Source of the DNA: Chrysomallon squamiferum
Taxonomy: Eukaryota; Animalia; Mollusca
Assembly: GCA_012295275.1 (NCBI GenBank)
Contig: CM022671.1
Coordinates: 25,234,001 to 25,298,000 of the forward strand
DNA length: 64,000 nt
Direction of reading: 5' to 3'
A program made the position numbers and the translations under genes. Each line of letters opens with the position of its first letter. Position 1 is the stretch's first letter. Positions 27,690 to 41,222 of this stretch are shown piece after piece. The notes below the pieces were generated by a model, which ran no database searches, had not been told where the DNA came from, and saw nothing but the letters and a program-made list of their open reading frames with translations.

Positions 27690-28358
27690 TAGATAAAGAG
27701 TCCCAGATAACTGTTTGCCCTGTGAGTTGCGGATATTCTGATAATTGCTTGCTAAGTTAGAGCAAGCGCAACCTCGATACTCAAATTATTTGATTTGAAA
27801 GGTAATGTACAAATTTATTTATTTCTGTATTTTTATCATAAATAATACATATAATTAAGCTATAATAATTGTAACCTTTAACAGAGATTGGTTTTTAGTT
27901 TTTTTTGTTTTGTTTTTTGTTTGTTGGGTGTTTTCTTACTTAATTAAATATCTAAGATAAATAAATATATATATATATATACGTATGTGTGTGTGTGTAT
28001 AATAAAAAGTGAGAAAAAAAAAAGAAAGAAGAAATATTTTATTAAATATCGCACTCAGTATTTTGTATGCTTGAAAAATAATGCCAGCTATGCACAGTGC
28101 TAATGTCAGTATAAGTTTGTGAAAAGAAGCATGGTGTTGCTACGGGCTATTCTTTTTCAATTAGCAGCAAGCGATATTGTACATACACTTCTCCTGGGTA
28201 GGAAAACATGGCCTTATCATAACAAGGATACATGGTGGCACTATCATTTTTTTGTAATTTATTCAGTGTGTGTGTGTGTAAAATGATTTACTATTATTAT
28301 CAGTAACAAATTATAAAATAATAATATTCAAATACCTTCATATTTGTCTCTTCAAAAG

Positions 28359-28417
<59 letters not shown>

Positions 28418-28907
28418 AAAATAACCGTCAGAAAATGCATTAAGAAAAAATATATATATAAAAATGAAAACAAAATTAAAAAGAAAGAAAGAAAATTAAA
28501 AAATAATAATAAAGAATGATATCCCCAACATAAAAACAAATAAATGAAAAGTCACCTTAAAAGTTTGGAGCTTCAATCAAAGTTTAGTTGTTTCATTATT
28601 CTGTTTAGCCTAAAATAGGGCTTGCATCATATATCTTTTTCCATATTATTATTGTTGTTGATGTTTTTGCTTCAGTTCTTATTATATAATTTTAACGGGG
28701 ATGAAAGATAACCACTGACTGGTAGACAGATATTCGTCGAATCAGCTTAATTTTGCTTTTCAGTGTTGGTGTCGTTGTTATTATTGTTAATGATGTTGCT
28801 CTTGTCCAGGTTTTTATTTTTATTTTTATTTCAAACAGGATTTAAAGTGATAAACTGATAGGCAAACATTCTTTGAAGCAGCTGAAATAAGTCCCTCACT
28901 AACTGAA

Positions 28908-30194
28908 ATGGAGAATAAGGAGATAAACGAGACGAATAATGTAGACACAAAATCAAAGGCAGCCGTCGATGAGGAGCTTTCAACGATATTATTAACAGAT
29001 TCCTACTGGCCGTCTGAAACTGAGGCGTCTTTTCATTGTCTTAAAACCAAACCCAAATCGAAACCCGTCATTCTGGCCTATCAGCCAGAAACAGCACCAA
29101 CAGCAATGCCTCCAATGCCGTCGCCATGCTGCAAACACCACGAAATAGAACAAATACCTGAGACGAAGAATATCAAGTATGAATGGGTGTTACCAGAACC
29201 AAAGGCAATAAAGAACGAGCGGCAGTATTCCACCTTTAATGAAATGCTTGTAGATCGTAGCAAATCTGACCTATTTTTAGGAGCTAAAGCTGCTATTTTG
29301 CCTCAGTCGACACCAGAATTAACATATCAAGTGGAAGCTAAATATATGCAAGATTATAAAGCAGAATCCACACCCAAACTGGAATCTAAATCCAAAATGG
29401 ACATGAAATCTAAATCAGAAGCTAAGCACAAAGAAGATGAATTAATTAAAATTAAAATTAAAGTTGATCCTTTATTTAAAACAGAATTTATATCCGTAGA
29501 AGAACTTAACTCTAAAGCAAACAACAAATCTTCACCAACAGTCTACAAGGAGTCAGAAGTGTCCGCGAAATCACAGTCTGATCCAAAATCTAAATCAAGT
29601 CTCAAATCTCCATTAATATCTTGTGATGACCCGCAATATTCACAGTTAGAAGAGAACTCCAGACTTAAATCAAAATCAAGTATTAAAAGTCATTTGCCTT
29701 CTGAGACACCAACAACACCTCAATCAAGACATAAATCAAAATCAAAATCAAACCTGAAAGGGTCATCAGAGTCTAATTATGAATCATTAGAATTAGCTAC
29801 ATCACAGTCAGGACAACCTTCAAAAATCATATATGAATTTAAATCAACTGTGACATCGTCAACAGATTCTCGCAAGAACTCCAAAACATCAGCGAAACTT
29901 CAATCAAACAAGAAAACGTTCTCACCCAAACCTGACACAAAGAAGATATCATACCAGTGGTTAGATCCTAACCCAGGGACCACGGAAATATACTACAACA
30001 AATCCAAACCAGTAACGATTTATTGCTCAGATTCCGATTCGGACACCGATACAAGGATAAGAAATTATAGCTTTGTGGATGCAAAGGCTGTAACCTATGA
30101 CTTGCCAGCATCAAAATCACAATCCAGCGTCTTATCTGAGGAAAGTGGTTACGTAAAACGTAACAGCTGCTGGCCAGTTTCTGACAAATGCTGA
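28908..30194 (+). CDS. Uncharacterised 428-aa Ser/Lys-rich protein, paralogue of 19403-20155
   Basis: Long uninterrupted ORF sharing five ordered motifs with the 250-aa ORF, with an expanded KSKS-rich centre. There is a probable 5'UTR intron at 27802-28838. Confidence 0.85.
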   Translation: MENKEINETNNVDTKSKAAVDEELSTILLTDSYWPSETEASFHCLKTKPKSKPVILAYQPETAPTAMPPMPSPCCKHHEIEQIPETKNIKYEWVLPEPKAIKNERQYSTFNEMLVDRSKSDLFLGAKAAILPQSTPELTYQVEAKYMQDYKAESTPKLESKSKMDMKSKSEAKHKEDELIKIKIKVDPLFKTEFISVEELNSKANNKSSPTVYKESEVSAKSQSDPKSKSSLKSPLISCDDPQYSQLEENSRLKSKSSIKSHLPSETPTTPQSRHKSKSKSNLKGSSESNYESLELATSQSGQPSKIIYEFKSTVTSSTDSRKNSKTSAKLQSNKKTFSPKPDTKKISYQWLDPNPGTTEIYYNKSKPVTIYCSDSDSDTDTRIRNYSFVDAKAVTYDLPASKSQSSVLSEESGYVKRNSCWPVSDKC

Positions 30195-31693
30195 GAAGCA
30201 GCAGATCGGCATATGTAAGAGTTAAATTAATTTTATAATCATCATGTTGATGATGGAATTAGAGTATCTTCAAGGATTATAAATGTGTATGTATGCTTGC
30301 GTGCGTGTGAACTTGAAAGAATGTATGTACGTATACAGATGTATGTATGTACGTACAAATAGTGAATGTATTTTTATACATCTGTTGTGCTTTCACGTTA
30401 TTTATTAGACTTCATATTTGTATTTAATTATTTTATTTATAACGAACACTGTAGACTCGAGTTTACGATTTGTTTATTAAACTTCATTTAGAAATTAATC
30501 ATTTTGATGTACATGAAAGAAGTGTTTTTTCATAAGCAGTTATATTGTTAATTTTTAATTACTTTTTTATTTATATTGTCTGTTTTTAATGGAAAATTTG
30601 AAGCTGTTATATTAATACGTGATTGTTTAATAATTACATACGAGCTGCTGCGTCAGTCACAAAGAAGATAAAAATTACGAATCCGATGCAGCAAGAATTG
30701 TTAATAACAACCCGAAAACGAAATCAGTGTTTTAACTGGATAATAATTATTAACTATTAAGCAGGAAGTCATTAATGTGTTTGCCATAAAATCCTGTTTT
30801 TAATGAACTATTACTTTTCATAGAGCACTGAAAATCTTAAAACTATTGCCTTAGAAATGTATCTTGCATATTAGTTTTTTGTTGTGTTTTTGTTTTTTTT
30901 TTTTTTTTTTTTTTTTTTTTGTTTTTTTTTTCCTTTGGTGTTTCATATATTATAAAGTGCTGTTAAGCAGGGAGTCATTAATATGTTTGCCATGAATTTC
31001 CCTGCTTTTAAAAAACTATTACTTTCAATACAGCACTGGTAATCTTAATACTATTATCGTAGAAAACATTTCTAGGATATTAGGTTTTTGGTAATTAGTT
31101 GTTGTGTTTTAATAATTGATATGTTTTCTTTTTATGTAATTCTTATGTAATATTTGATAATATAAAATGAATGAATAAATGAATGAATGAACTAATTCAA
31201 CTAAATTATAAACTGTACGTTCGTTTTCTTTGGTGCTTTTTTTTTTTTTTTAAATGTGTCGCTCAGTTTCAATATGATGAATATTCGACTGAAATACCTC
31301 ACCAGACATTATAATACTTGAACTTGCTCGTCCATATTTAACTTGTGGTTCTTTTCTTCTTACTGAAACTATTTTTTATATTTTACAGTGTTTATTTAGT
31401 TTATTTAATTATTGTTATCGCAGTTAATAAAATTTATTCATAATTCATTTGTTGTGATTTTATATCAATGTATTATGTTTTGTTGTGGGAATTATTATCA
31501 TAGCACAGCGTAATTACATCATCTTTATTATGGAATTTATATAGCATTCAGTTAAACATATACTGTTAATAAATTTAAAATAATCTGTAATGCTACTAGC
31601 AATATAGCTTTAAAAGATATTAAGCGAAAAATCGCAATAAGATTATATATTTAACAGAATCAAAATAAATATTAAATTTTTTTCTTTTTTTTT

Positions 31694-31898
31694 GAGTTAT
31701 TTTTGTTTCGTGTCATATAAATACTAATTTAAACTTGAATCATGTTGTATGAAGAAAACATATGAAGTATTTACTTACACACAACACATAACTTCTTTTT
31801 TAAGAGTTATTTTTGTTTCGTGTCATATAAATACTAATTTAAACTTGAATCATGTTGTATGAAGAAAACATATGAAGTATTTACTTACTCACAACACC
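31694..31898. repeat. Near-perfect direct duplication, 110-bp period
   Basis: gagttatttttgtttcgtgtcatataaatac...cacaacac occurs at both 31694 and 31804. Confidence 0.9.
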
Positions 31899-32273
31899 AG
31901 TTGTGAGTGAACAGGTCTTGTGAGTTAACAGTCTTGATGCTTCAGGTTTCGAGAAACAAACAAAACCACCAAAAAGACCGTCGCCACTCTCTAAACAAAA
32001 AATAAAACAAACATAAACAACACCCAAACCAGAAATAAAAACCGACATAAAATGAACCGGTTTTTAAAAATGTTACCGTTTTCTCTTCTTAAAAAAAGAC
32101 TGGTACTCATCTTATAGTATGAAACAAACACAGTGAAATTCAGATAGTAAGTACATCAATTTTGGCAGCGATTTGCAACCATAAAAAAGAAATTATTCAG
32201 TACTCGCAATATATTGTGCTTTTTTAGTTTAATGGAAAAATTGTTTATTCATAATCTGATTTACAGTCAGTCA

Positions 32274-32310
<37 letters not shown>

Positions 32311-32676
32311 TATTTTTGAAATGTGTGATCCAGGTTTACTTTATAATTTCTTAACAGCTATAGGTTTCTGCTTGTACAATCCAAAGAAAATTTATTTTTA
32401 AATAATTTTTATTTGGTGTTTAAATAAATATTGAACATTTCTGTAAGATTCATACTACTATAAAGCTCTTACTTAAGACGTTTTTGGCTCCAGGTTTTTA
32501 GTTTGATGAAAACAGTACGTTGTTTAAAATAAAAACTGTAATCACAACAAATCTAAAAAAAAATAACAATAAACGGGAGAATATTTTAATGAAATAGAAA
32601 TAATAAATCAGAATATTCAAAATATTTATTTCTACTTTCATTTACATGTAAACACTTCCGTGCCAGCAGAAGACGG

Positions 32677-33055
32677 TTATAAATTTTTGGGTGGTTTCAG
32701 TTTGAGTCGTGACATGTTTGTTACGAAGTGTCGAGGAAGTCTGCAAGATACAATCAGATTGTGTCCATCCAGTATCTCTGGTATGACAATCCTCTTTGCG
32801 TGTAAATGCATTGGAAGATGACGAACTTTGCTCTGTCTGATTCCTAGTTTCTGTAACATGTCTGGAAACAGTCTCTGTTTTAAAAAAAATATATATATAA
32901 ATATATATATATGTTTATATAACTTAAATCATAAGTAGTAATTGTTAGTATGACTGGTATGTTTTTCTGTCTCACAAACATTTTTTAAAAACTAATTCCT
33001 TGTTAAAGTATCTGCAAGTTTCTTTTAATGAATATGATGGGCGTATCAGTAAATG

Positions 33056-33116
<61 letters not shown>

Positions 33117-36100
33117 TAATTATTCCTATAACAAAGATAAATGTAGATAATTTATTTTTTGTAATAATTGATTCACCTGAGGAGCAAGTTTTGTGAAATG
33201 TGAGTATTTGTGATCACCAAGTACGGGCGTATTCAAACCATAAGCCAGGTGAACCCGAATCTGATGTTTTATGCCTTAAAAACCAATAAAAAAAGATAAT
33301 ATAAAATAATGTTAATCAATCACATTTCTAAAGAAAGAATCTAAAACGTTAATATACTGTTAAACTTTAATACTACAATAAAATAATAACTGATATTTCT
33401 TTTTTTGTTTTGTTGAGTTGCACCAGCAGAGTTAATGTATTTCACTTTATTTCTTCAAAAATCCTTTTTTGATCACTTGAAACTTGGAATATACACAATA
33501 TATTTAGACCATTTCTTCATATCCCCCAAAAGTATATCTTAAATTTTCAGTTTTTGTTATCCTATGTTATTATTTAAGATTGGGCGACAAATGAAAAACC
33601 AAGAATAATAAAAAAACAAAACAAGTAAAATATAACCTGTAAGTACACAGAAGCTTTTTGGATTATTACATTCTATCATTAAACATCCACTTTAAATTTA
33701 ATCAGTTTTGTTATACCTTAGTGTTACTATGTTTAGACTTTTACCTTGTTAAAAGTACACTTTAAATTTAATCAGTTGTTACTGTCACTATGTTTAGACT
33801 ATGATCTCGTTAAAGATACACTTTAAAAAATTATTACAAGAAATGAAACAAGTCTACCTGTGTGTGGCTGACATTCCACTAGAGCAGCATCGTCAACAGC
33901 ATCAAGGACTCTGTACTTGGTCACAGCTCTCAGCGTCGCACCACTGCGTTTCTTGTCCACCAGTTTAGTGTCCTCAGTGTACTCGGGCCTCAGAATCATC
34001 TGCCAGAAAGAAAAACAATAAGAAAAAAAAAAAAAAAAAAAATGAACCAAAAGCCCAGAGCTAAACTAAACTGAAATAAATAAAAAATAAATAAAAACTT
34101 AATAGACAATTGTAAGGTTGGTACTGATAAATTAGTCAAATAAATAAAAGAATAATGATAATAATTTCTATTACAAGTAGGTGATTTATAGTGAAATAAT
34201 GATACTGTGAATAGTAAGTAAATGTATGTATACATATAATGTTGCAATATATGAACACACACATATACACATTATACATTATCGCGTTAGAGCCATATCG
34301 CCATGACTAATTTATTAAAGGTCGTGGTATGTGCTGTCTTACACCTGGAAGTGCACAGGAAGATCTGCTGCTATTAACTGATCTGGGAATGCCAAGAGAA
34401 GACATTGGGTTGCCTCACTCTTCTTATCAGTATGTAAAATATTAATGTTGGACACCTAGTAACTGTTAGAATGGTTAATTCTTGGCCTTTATTATGATGT
34501 TAGTTATTCAGATAATACAGCCTTTATACAACAGCTAACAACAGTAAAACAGTGATGAAAACATACCCTGTGGATACCTTCAACTTTTCCTTCAGCCATT
34601 GGAATATCAATCATACCTGGAAATATACAAAAACTGATTTAAAATCTACATATGCTACTGGTAATCAATGTTCATAAGTCTATTTTTTAAGACACATATC
34701 AATTAGTTTCAGTTATTTAAAAAGCTAATATAATTATAGAGATATACAAATGTACAGATGTTATTAATATAAGAAAATAGTATTCAGCCTGTTCTAATTT
34801 TGGATGACCAAAATATCTATGAATAACATTATGAAAATGATCTCTCACCACAATACTGCTCCCAGATACAGTCCTGTTAAGTGTAGTTAGTTCCTCTTAT
34901 AATATAAAATATTCAAAATCTAACTTGAACTGTTTAACATATCATTACCAACCTTCCAAAGGCTTAGGGATGCCTTTTACAATTGTCCAATAGGTTTTTA
35001 TCACTTCATGTTTTTGGAAAGCCGATTTCAATTTCCAAGCCATTTCTGGAGTTCTTTTATATAAAATAAAATAAAAAATAGTGTCAAGTTTATTTATTAG
35101 TATATTCTAAAAAGTAGATAAAAACATCTCATAGAAAAAAACCATCTTATCTGGATTTGTATAATAACATTCTAGCTTTTCTCTGACATGCCATTTGTGT
35201 TTGAAATGAATGTATTAATGAAGTTGATGACGTAAATTATGTTTAATATTACAATTATTACCCTCTGTTATAGGTTTCTTGCATCATGCTGGTATATGAT
35301 AGTTTAAACTTTTATTATGCTCTTATCATATAGTAGTAAAAGATATTTTACATATGCATCTTCCCAATAGACAAAATAGAGCAGAGATTTTGATAAATAA
35401 GTCACGGGGCTCTGCTTGAAATGTGAAACAGCCTAACATGTCTACTGAGAAGCATTGATCAGTAGATATAAAAACAAAAAATCTAAATTAACAAAACAAA
35501 AACAAAACAAATTGACATTTTTCACCAAATGAACTCAGAATCAATACTTCTCAAATTTTAATTTTTCATTTAGTTTTTTATCTATTTTTTCCTTGACCGA
35601 GAAAAACTTACTTAAGGAAGATTTTATATGAGGCTTACTTAGCTAAAAGCATGACACCTGTGGTTTCCTTATCCAGCCTGTGAACAAGATGCAGCATTTC
35701 CACGTTGTTTTTACCAGAAATCAGTTGACACAGCTTAGGAAGAAGCTGCCCCACACTGACACGTACACCAGGGCCACCTGTGTAAACAAAATACAATTAA
35801 AACATTATGTCAACATAGAATATAATTAAAATTTTATTAACATAAAATATATTTAATATTCTATTAAAATAAAATATAATTAACATATAAAATTATTCTT
35901 TCAAAATAAAATGGAATGAATATTCTATTAAAATAAATTTAAAAGGTAATTAAATTATTAATATTCTGTCACTATAAAATGGAAGAGAATTAGTATTCAA
36001 TTAAATATAAAATAGCTTTTATACTGTGTTTTGTCAACAACTATTTTTTTTTTTTGGTTAATAATAACAGTTTTATTAAATATAAATATTAAGTACAGAT

Positions 36101-38149
36101 GTTATTAACTTACCATGGGAAGGAAGTCCGTAAGGCTTGTAAATAGCAATCACATCATCTATAAAATTTAAATACAAAAAAATGATATCGCATGGAACGT
36201 GACATACTTTTATAACCAAACCTACAAATATACATTAAATACACACACAAATCTACTTGCATAACAGACTGAGAAATATGAATCTGTCTTGTTTTGCTAC
36301 ATGAATAAAAATATAATAATAAACCATTACATTTCACTCTAACTGTCCATAATGTAAAACTATCTTCATCTCAGAACATACCAATGAATGAATGATAAAT
36401 ATGAAACATAAATGCATTTTTGCTGTAACCAGACATTGTGGAAGAACATTAAGTGACGTGTCAGTGGTGATACATTGATTTATCATTAGAATTTAAACCT
36501 TTGTCATAGATGATACTTTTCTTCAGCTCATAAGCTATCATTCCTGATGGAGTATATTCAAAATTTGGAACTTGATTTTTCAGAATGCGAAAACCTTTGC
36601 TATCTACAGGACCTTCATAGTGTCTTTCATGTTCTGTAAAATAATTAAGAAAAATTATATAATTTGTTTTTTTATAATAATAAAAAAGAATGAAAATATA
36701 CAAAAGATCAATCACTGACAAAATAAATAAATAAAAATGTTAAAATTAAGAAAGAAAAAAGTAAATAAAGAAAAAAATATATATATATTTTCTATATTTA
36801 AAGTACAAAATGTATTTAAAAATATTTTATATTTATATTATGCCATAAACATGATATTATTTTTAATAAATTTTATAAAGATAAATAAAAAAGTATATAT
36901 ACATACCAATATAATTCAGTGTTTGAGGCTTCTGCTGATCTTCCCCTGAAACTTTCGATTTAATTTCTCTCCTGATTTTCATTGCCAACTGAAAAGCTGA
37001 ATCAGGTTCACTTTTCTCTAAAAGATCCTCACATTTTTTGTCATCAGATTCATCTACAGATACTTGTTTCTTCACCTTGTTCACTTTATTCTTGTTGTCC
37101 TTTGTTTTAGCATTCATTTTACCTGACTGAAGAATATCTTCTTCTGTCTCACGTTTCTTCTCAAATGGAGTCGTATATGGCTCTGTTAATGTTTTACTGT
37201 AAGAGTCAGTAAAATCTTTTCTAACATCTGAATGCTCTGGGTGTGATTCATCTCTGGTCATATTTTCAGGGACTGCAAAATCTATCTGAGCTTGAGAAAA
37301 TACTGTACCCACATCAGATATTCCAGGGCTCCTAAAATATACATCATCTATGTATCCCATATCTTCATATGTCTGTGGTGGTTGAATACTTCTTTCTGCA
37401 ATGTTCTCTTGAATTTCAGATTTTACATCCGTATTTTGTGTTGTTGCATCATCGAAATATTGTACATCAATGAAATTGAAATCGTTTGAAGGATAATGTG
37501 ATTTACTTTGAATATGATCATCTTGTTTATTTTTAGTATCTATATGAAAGTCTTGCTGTTTTGATAAATTGTGAATTTCTATAGAATTCAAGTCAGGATG
37601 TTCTCTGTTTTCGAATTGAAAATACTGATCATCAATAATGTTTGTGTCTTCACTCAACTCTTTATTTGGAGTTTTATTTGATCTCATTGCATTATTGTAT
37701 AACGGATTTTCATTCTTCTGCTTAGATTTAGTTGGCAGATGAAACTTATTTCTGTCAAAACGAACAAACCCAAAATCTGTTTTTTCTATGTTTTCAGTAT
37801 TTTTATTTCCTTTTCTTCGTACGATCTTTTTCTTAATGGAACCATCCTTAGCTTCCAAATATGACAAAACGTCTGCGTAAGAAGACATCTGCTTTATTCC
37901 TATCTGGGCCTTCTCTTTCGAATCATTTGGATAGGCTGTGACACTTAAATCATCAACTTCATTAATCCCATAAAAGTCATCCACATACTTTTCCTCAAAG
38001 GATTTCTTGTTTTTGTTGTTCAGTGGTTTTGGTGAATGACCACACATACATCTCACATTCTGTAACTGTTTACTGTGATATGTCAAACTATAAAGTTGCT
38101 TAAATAATTTCTGAGCTCGTCCCCTCATGCAGTTCATGGACGCAGCCAT
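32677..38149 (-). CDS. RPUSD4: Mitochondrial RNA pseudouridine synthase RPUSD4-like (RluA family), ~716 aa, 9 exons
   Basis: Exons 38149-36907, 36633-36499, 36158-36114, 35777-35639, 35053-34953, 34616-34567, 33999-33858, 33274-33177 and 32874-32677 are GT-AG and in phase (2151 nt). RluA motifs are present: [35 protein letters not shown] (catalytic Asp), [28 protein letters not shown] and MHLHA. The basic N-terminus ([19 protein letters not shown]) resembles a mitochondrial presequence. Confidence 0.92.
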
Positions 38150-39301
38150 TTTGTCAACATTCGTTTTAATTTCCTCCTATATATTAAACATCCTTAGCAA
38201 GAAAACTTTAAACTTCAAATTAAATTTAAAAATTTGATTTTTACAATTTTTCAATATAATTATGATTTCTTTCCGTATTAATTTATTTCCAAAGTAATTT
38301 TTTGAAATACTAGCAAAAAAAATTAATACATGAAGGACATTCATTTTGCAAATTAATTGAAATTGTTTGAAATTTTAAATTAGGGTAAATTTTGAATTGT
38401 GTTTGGTATTAAAATGGATATATGTTAGTCAAAACCAAGCAAAAATAAAGCATGCCTAGGGTACACGATCCAGTAAGCAACCAAAACTACTGTCTATGCA
38501 GGATTAGTTACAAAGAAGCCTGGTGTTGTAGTTTGACCAATTAGGCGTGAATGTAATGACAGCGAGGATCGATTTCTAACGAAAGTGCTTACCTTTAATT
38601 TCTTAGCATGTTCTACATTTTCATTGAAAATATTTAATTTCTGAAGGAATATATTTAAATATTATTGTTCTTGTTGTTGCTGCTGTTGTTGTTGCTATTT
38701 AGGTGTCACCATCAATGAACAAGGAATATCAGAGGAAAAAGCAAGAGTTAGTGCATCATGGGCCTAGTTAGGGGCAGAGGCCAATCCGGAGTTATCAGTG
38801 CCAAGGAAATACCAAGAGGCAGCAGATCAAGAGGGATAAAGATGGATGGAGTGTGTCTGAAGGCACATTGGAACTGGGCATAATACCGAAGGATGCCTTA
38901 GACGGAAAATTCTGAAACTCAAGAATTCGGGCCGCTGACACCTCGTGGAAAAAACCAAGGAACAAGAAAATATATATATATATATATATAATTACAGCTA
39001 TTAGCATGATCAGTCTATAATAAAATTAGTCAATTACTGATATTTTAATTGATACACACCATTTATATATAAACGTTTTTCTACTACAGATCTTGATTAA
39101 AAAACTGTCATATTTTTTAGCAAATAGATGAACCCACGGGAATGGAAACAAGAAAAAAAATATTTTCTGAAGTACATGAACATTCTAGTTCTGAATTAGA
39201 ACTGAACTTTTTATGCTAAAAATGTATCTGTTAATTAAGTTAACATAGATAAATTGTGACACACACACACACACACACACACACACATTTAAAAGTATTA
39301 G

Positions 39302-39386
39302 ACTCGCGGTTTGACATTACATTTTAATACTTAATTATTTACATCGTAAATAATTAAGTATTAAAATGTAACGTCAAACCGCGAGT
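39302..39386. repeat. Near-perfect inverted repeat (41-bp arms, 3-nt loop)
   Basis: actcgcggtttgacattacattttaatacttaattatttac-atc-gtaaataattaagtattaaaatgtaacgtcaaaccgcgagt, with one mismatch. Confidence 0.92.
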
Positions 39387-39774
39387 AGTGATTGAGCACT
39401 GTTATTTATTGCTTGTTTTCGCTGACATTATCGGTTTGTTGAGCTATCAATATACAGCGATCTGCGGCCATTTTGATTTCACAGTTTGTACTGATTAGCC
39501 CGAACTAGGAATATTACTGCGTAATCCGAGACATTAAACAAAAAAAAGTTACATAGGATTTTAATTTTACATAGAGTCATTTTTACCTACGTATAACAAC
39601 AACAAAATTAAATGTATTTGTTAGTATTCATGCAATAATAATATAAATGTGCCCAAACTGAATATAGGCAGATCCTACAGTTATTGCAAACGTATCCTTT
39701 GTTATAAATAAATAAATAAATATGATAAAAATAGAACGAAACAAGAAATGTCTTGTTAAATACTGAGTTATATA

Positions 39775-40537
39775 CAGTGGTACCATGAGTTACGAGTTAA
39801 ATTCGTTCCTGACCGAGCCGTAACTCAAATTTGCTCGGATATCAAATCAATTTTGCAGAATGAAATTAACTGAAGTACCATTAATCCGTTCAAGCCCCCC
39901 AAAAAACCACCCTAGTATTTGTAACATGTTTTTAAATAAGAAAAATATATCTATAAATGACAAATATTGTATAAAAAACAAACTAAAAGAGAATGTAATG
40001 ACATAAATTGGTTTTGTAAAGTGTACAGGGTTAGGGTTTCGCCATCGTTTCATAGACAGAGGCCCGCAGCTTAGAAATTATATTAACGCCTTTGGCTGGA
40101 ATTATAGCCTATATCGACTCCTTCTGCTTCAGTATGGTATATATAGTAAAAGTACTATGCTCCTACTGCCTAGCCAGATTGACTGCGCGCTCAACCATCT
40201 CTCACGTTTTTCTATGATTTCATACTTTAATTCAATGGACATCATCCGCTTCTTCTTCTCAGCACTGTCCTTTGAACTCAGTTTCTTAGGATCGATGGAA
40301 ATTAGGTAAAATACTGCACGATACACCAGAGATGCTTCTACGGCGAGGTAGCCACGTGAAGCAAACGAATGAGACACGAGAAACTGGGTGGACGTTGTGT
40401 TGTTCGGCGGCGGCGTAGCTGAAGCTTGCTCGTAACTCGGATTTTGGCTCGCATCTCAAAGCAAAAGACTACCAGAGACTACTCGAAACTCGGAAAACAA
40501 GTAAGTTGGAGCACTCGTAAGTAGAGGTGTACCACTG
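39775..40537 (-). mobile_element. Non-autonomous Tigger/pogo-like element (763 bp) with TIRs and TA target duplication
   Basis: The ends read TA|cagtggtac... and ...gtaccactg|TA. An internal decayed HTH-like peptide, KKKRMMSIELKYEIIEKRER, is present, and the element is homologous to 26901-27478. Confidence 0.88.
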
Positions 40538-40747
40538 TATATTACTTTGTAATAATATTAGCTCTCCAGTTTTATCTGATACACGGTAAAAATTAAAAAA
40601 CACACAAAGAAAATAACATTATCTCTCAGGCATTAAATATGAAATAGATTACAAAAGTGAATATTTGATACTCGGATTATTTACGTGAAATTCGCACAGT
40701 AAACACAACTCACATTCTGCAGAGTATCGAGAGGCGTAGTATTTGCT

Positions 40748-40937
40748 GTTGTAATGTCTTACTTTATTATTAGCAAAGACAGATCGTTGTAATGTCTTAC
40801 TTTATTATTAGCAAAGACAGATCGTTGTAATGTCTTACTTTATTATTAGCAAAGTCAGATCGTTGTAATGTCTTACTTTATTATTAGCAAAGTCAGATCG
40901 TTGTAATGTCTTACTTTATTATTAGCAAAGACAGATC
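40748..40937. repeat. 38-bp minisatellite x5
   Basis: Five contiguous copies of gttgtaatgtcttactttattattagcaaag(a/t)cagatc with no spacers. Confidence 0.95.
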
Positions 40938-41222
40938 GTCAAAAACATTTCAAACAATAGTTTAAAAACGTATCTCACACACAGAGACACACGCACGCAT
41001 ACATATACACACACAGACACTGAATGAACAACCAAAGGTACATTTTCTGACGTACTTACGTGAGAAGAAGATCGCTTACGGAAAACGTCTCGCTCAACAT
41101 CGCAAATACTTTAATTAAAAATTAATAGTTAATATCATGTTTTCGTAGATAAACGATATGTGATATAATTCCAGAAGAACGTAGACAGCATTCAGTGGAT
41201 TTTGTTTCTCTCTCTGTAAGTA

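Noticed and set aside
40748-40937. 38-bp direct repeats as a CRISPR array
   Set aside because: The repeats are contiguous with no unique spacers, there are no cas genes, and the context is eukaryotic.
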